A stretch of DNA of 34,940 nucleotides, taken from assembly GCF_001186125.1 (NCBI RefSeq), contig NW_014040525.1, forward strand, positions 119,786-154,725. Reading direction: 5' to 3'. Source of the DNA: Sphaeroforma arctica JP610 (lineage: Eukaryota). The notes under the pieces were generated by a model that did not search any database, was not told the DNA's origin, and saw only the letters and a list, made by a program, of their open reading frames with translations. A program made the translations under genes and the position numbers. This document shows positions 34,083 through 34,940 of this stretch, piece after piece; position 1 is the first letter of the stretch, and every line of letters begins with the position of its first letter.

Positions 34083-34940
34083 GCACTCCTTGCTAAAAAA
34101 AACCCCTCGACAGCTGTAATAAACTGCCGTTGGCCTTTTAGCGCGCCACTTTCGTGTCTGCCAACGGGATTATCGCTGGTTGTCGTATGTAGTATAAATA
34201 CAGAACCCGCCGGTTTCTCTGAGCCACTGATTCTTGCTTTTTCTCACTGCAACCGGTTTTAGGTCAATAAACAAAAACTTCAACCAAGTTCTTACAATGT
34301 GTGAGCTTGCGTGTCAATTTCTGACTTGTGTCTTTACAAGCGTTGCTACGTAAAGATATCAATCGTAAAAGTGAAACGTTGTACTTTCATTCCGAAAGCA
34401 GCTTTAGTTCACTATCTTCGTACCAAGCGAGAGGCTCGCTGCATACATGAACGAGCGCCAAAAGTTCTTGCCCGCAGCATGGATGCTCTACTGAACCCCC
34501 TTGCCAACTCCACTTGTAGCTTATCTCTTTGAAATAGAAATTATTTTTCCATCTATATGTGGCTTGACTTTATGAGGTCTGGATCTGGGGGAAGTGGGCC
34601 TCAGGATTTCGGATTTCTGACTTCAGATTTCAGAAATTCAACTAGCTTAATGCTTAAAATTTATTCACTCTCGTCTCTGCTGTGATGGGCTACTAGTATT
34701 GAATATCAGCTTCAGTATCCTAAGTTTCAGACTGAACCAGGGCCTTCACTGCTTCAGACTCCAGCTTTAAGCTTCTATGCTTTCCAGGTAAGTATAACGC
34801 CAAATGTCGCTCCCCCTTCTCGCCATAACGACTCATTCAAAGGTGGCTCCGTGGCACGATGGACTAATATAATAATCTCGACGTTTGTGATACATTGGCT
34901 AGACGATATCTGAGCTCAAGTGGCCTGCTTCTGTTCTTGG

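Overview
This is eukaryotic, intron-rich genomic DNA with GT-AG introns, long (TA)n/(CA)n tracts and two 20-N scaffold gaps. Gene content and style suggest a unicellular holozoan such as an ichthyosporean (Sphaeroforma-like); that is inference only. Spliced models read by eye: (1) a minus-strand alpha-arrestin-like gene with a PPxY motif (11085 to about 1882); (2) a divergent, apparently intronless RGS-domain gene (13925-14809); (3) a complete 11-exon XRN2/Rat1 5'-3' exoribonuclease gene (27084 to 16070, 1043 aa, all phases compatible); (4) a partial plus-strand gene with a large acidic exon and an ATRX/ARIP4-like pre-helicase motif; (5) the first exon of a G-protein alpha subunit (minus strand). 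The most striking non-genic signal: introns next to many exons of three unrelated genes contain tandem, degenerate copies ('echoes') of the adjacent exon-intron junction. Also seen are a small TIR element family upstream of the three G-protein-signalling genes, and two convergent genes that both break off at one TA tract.
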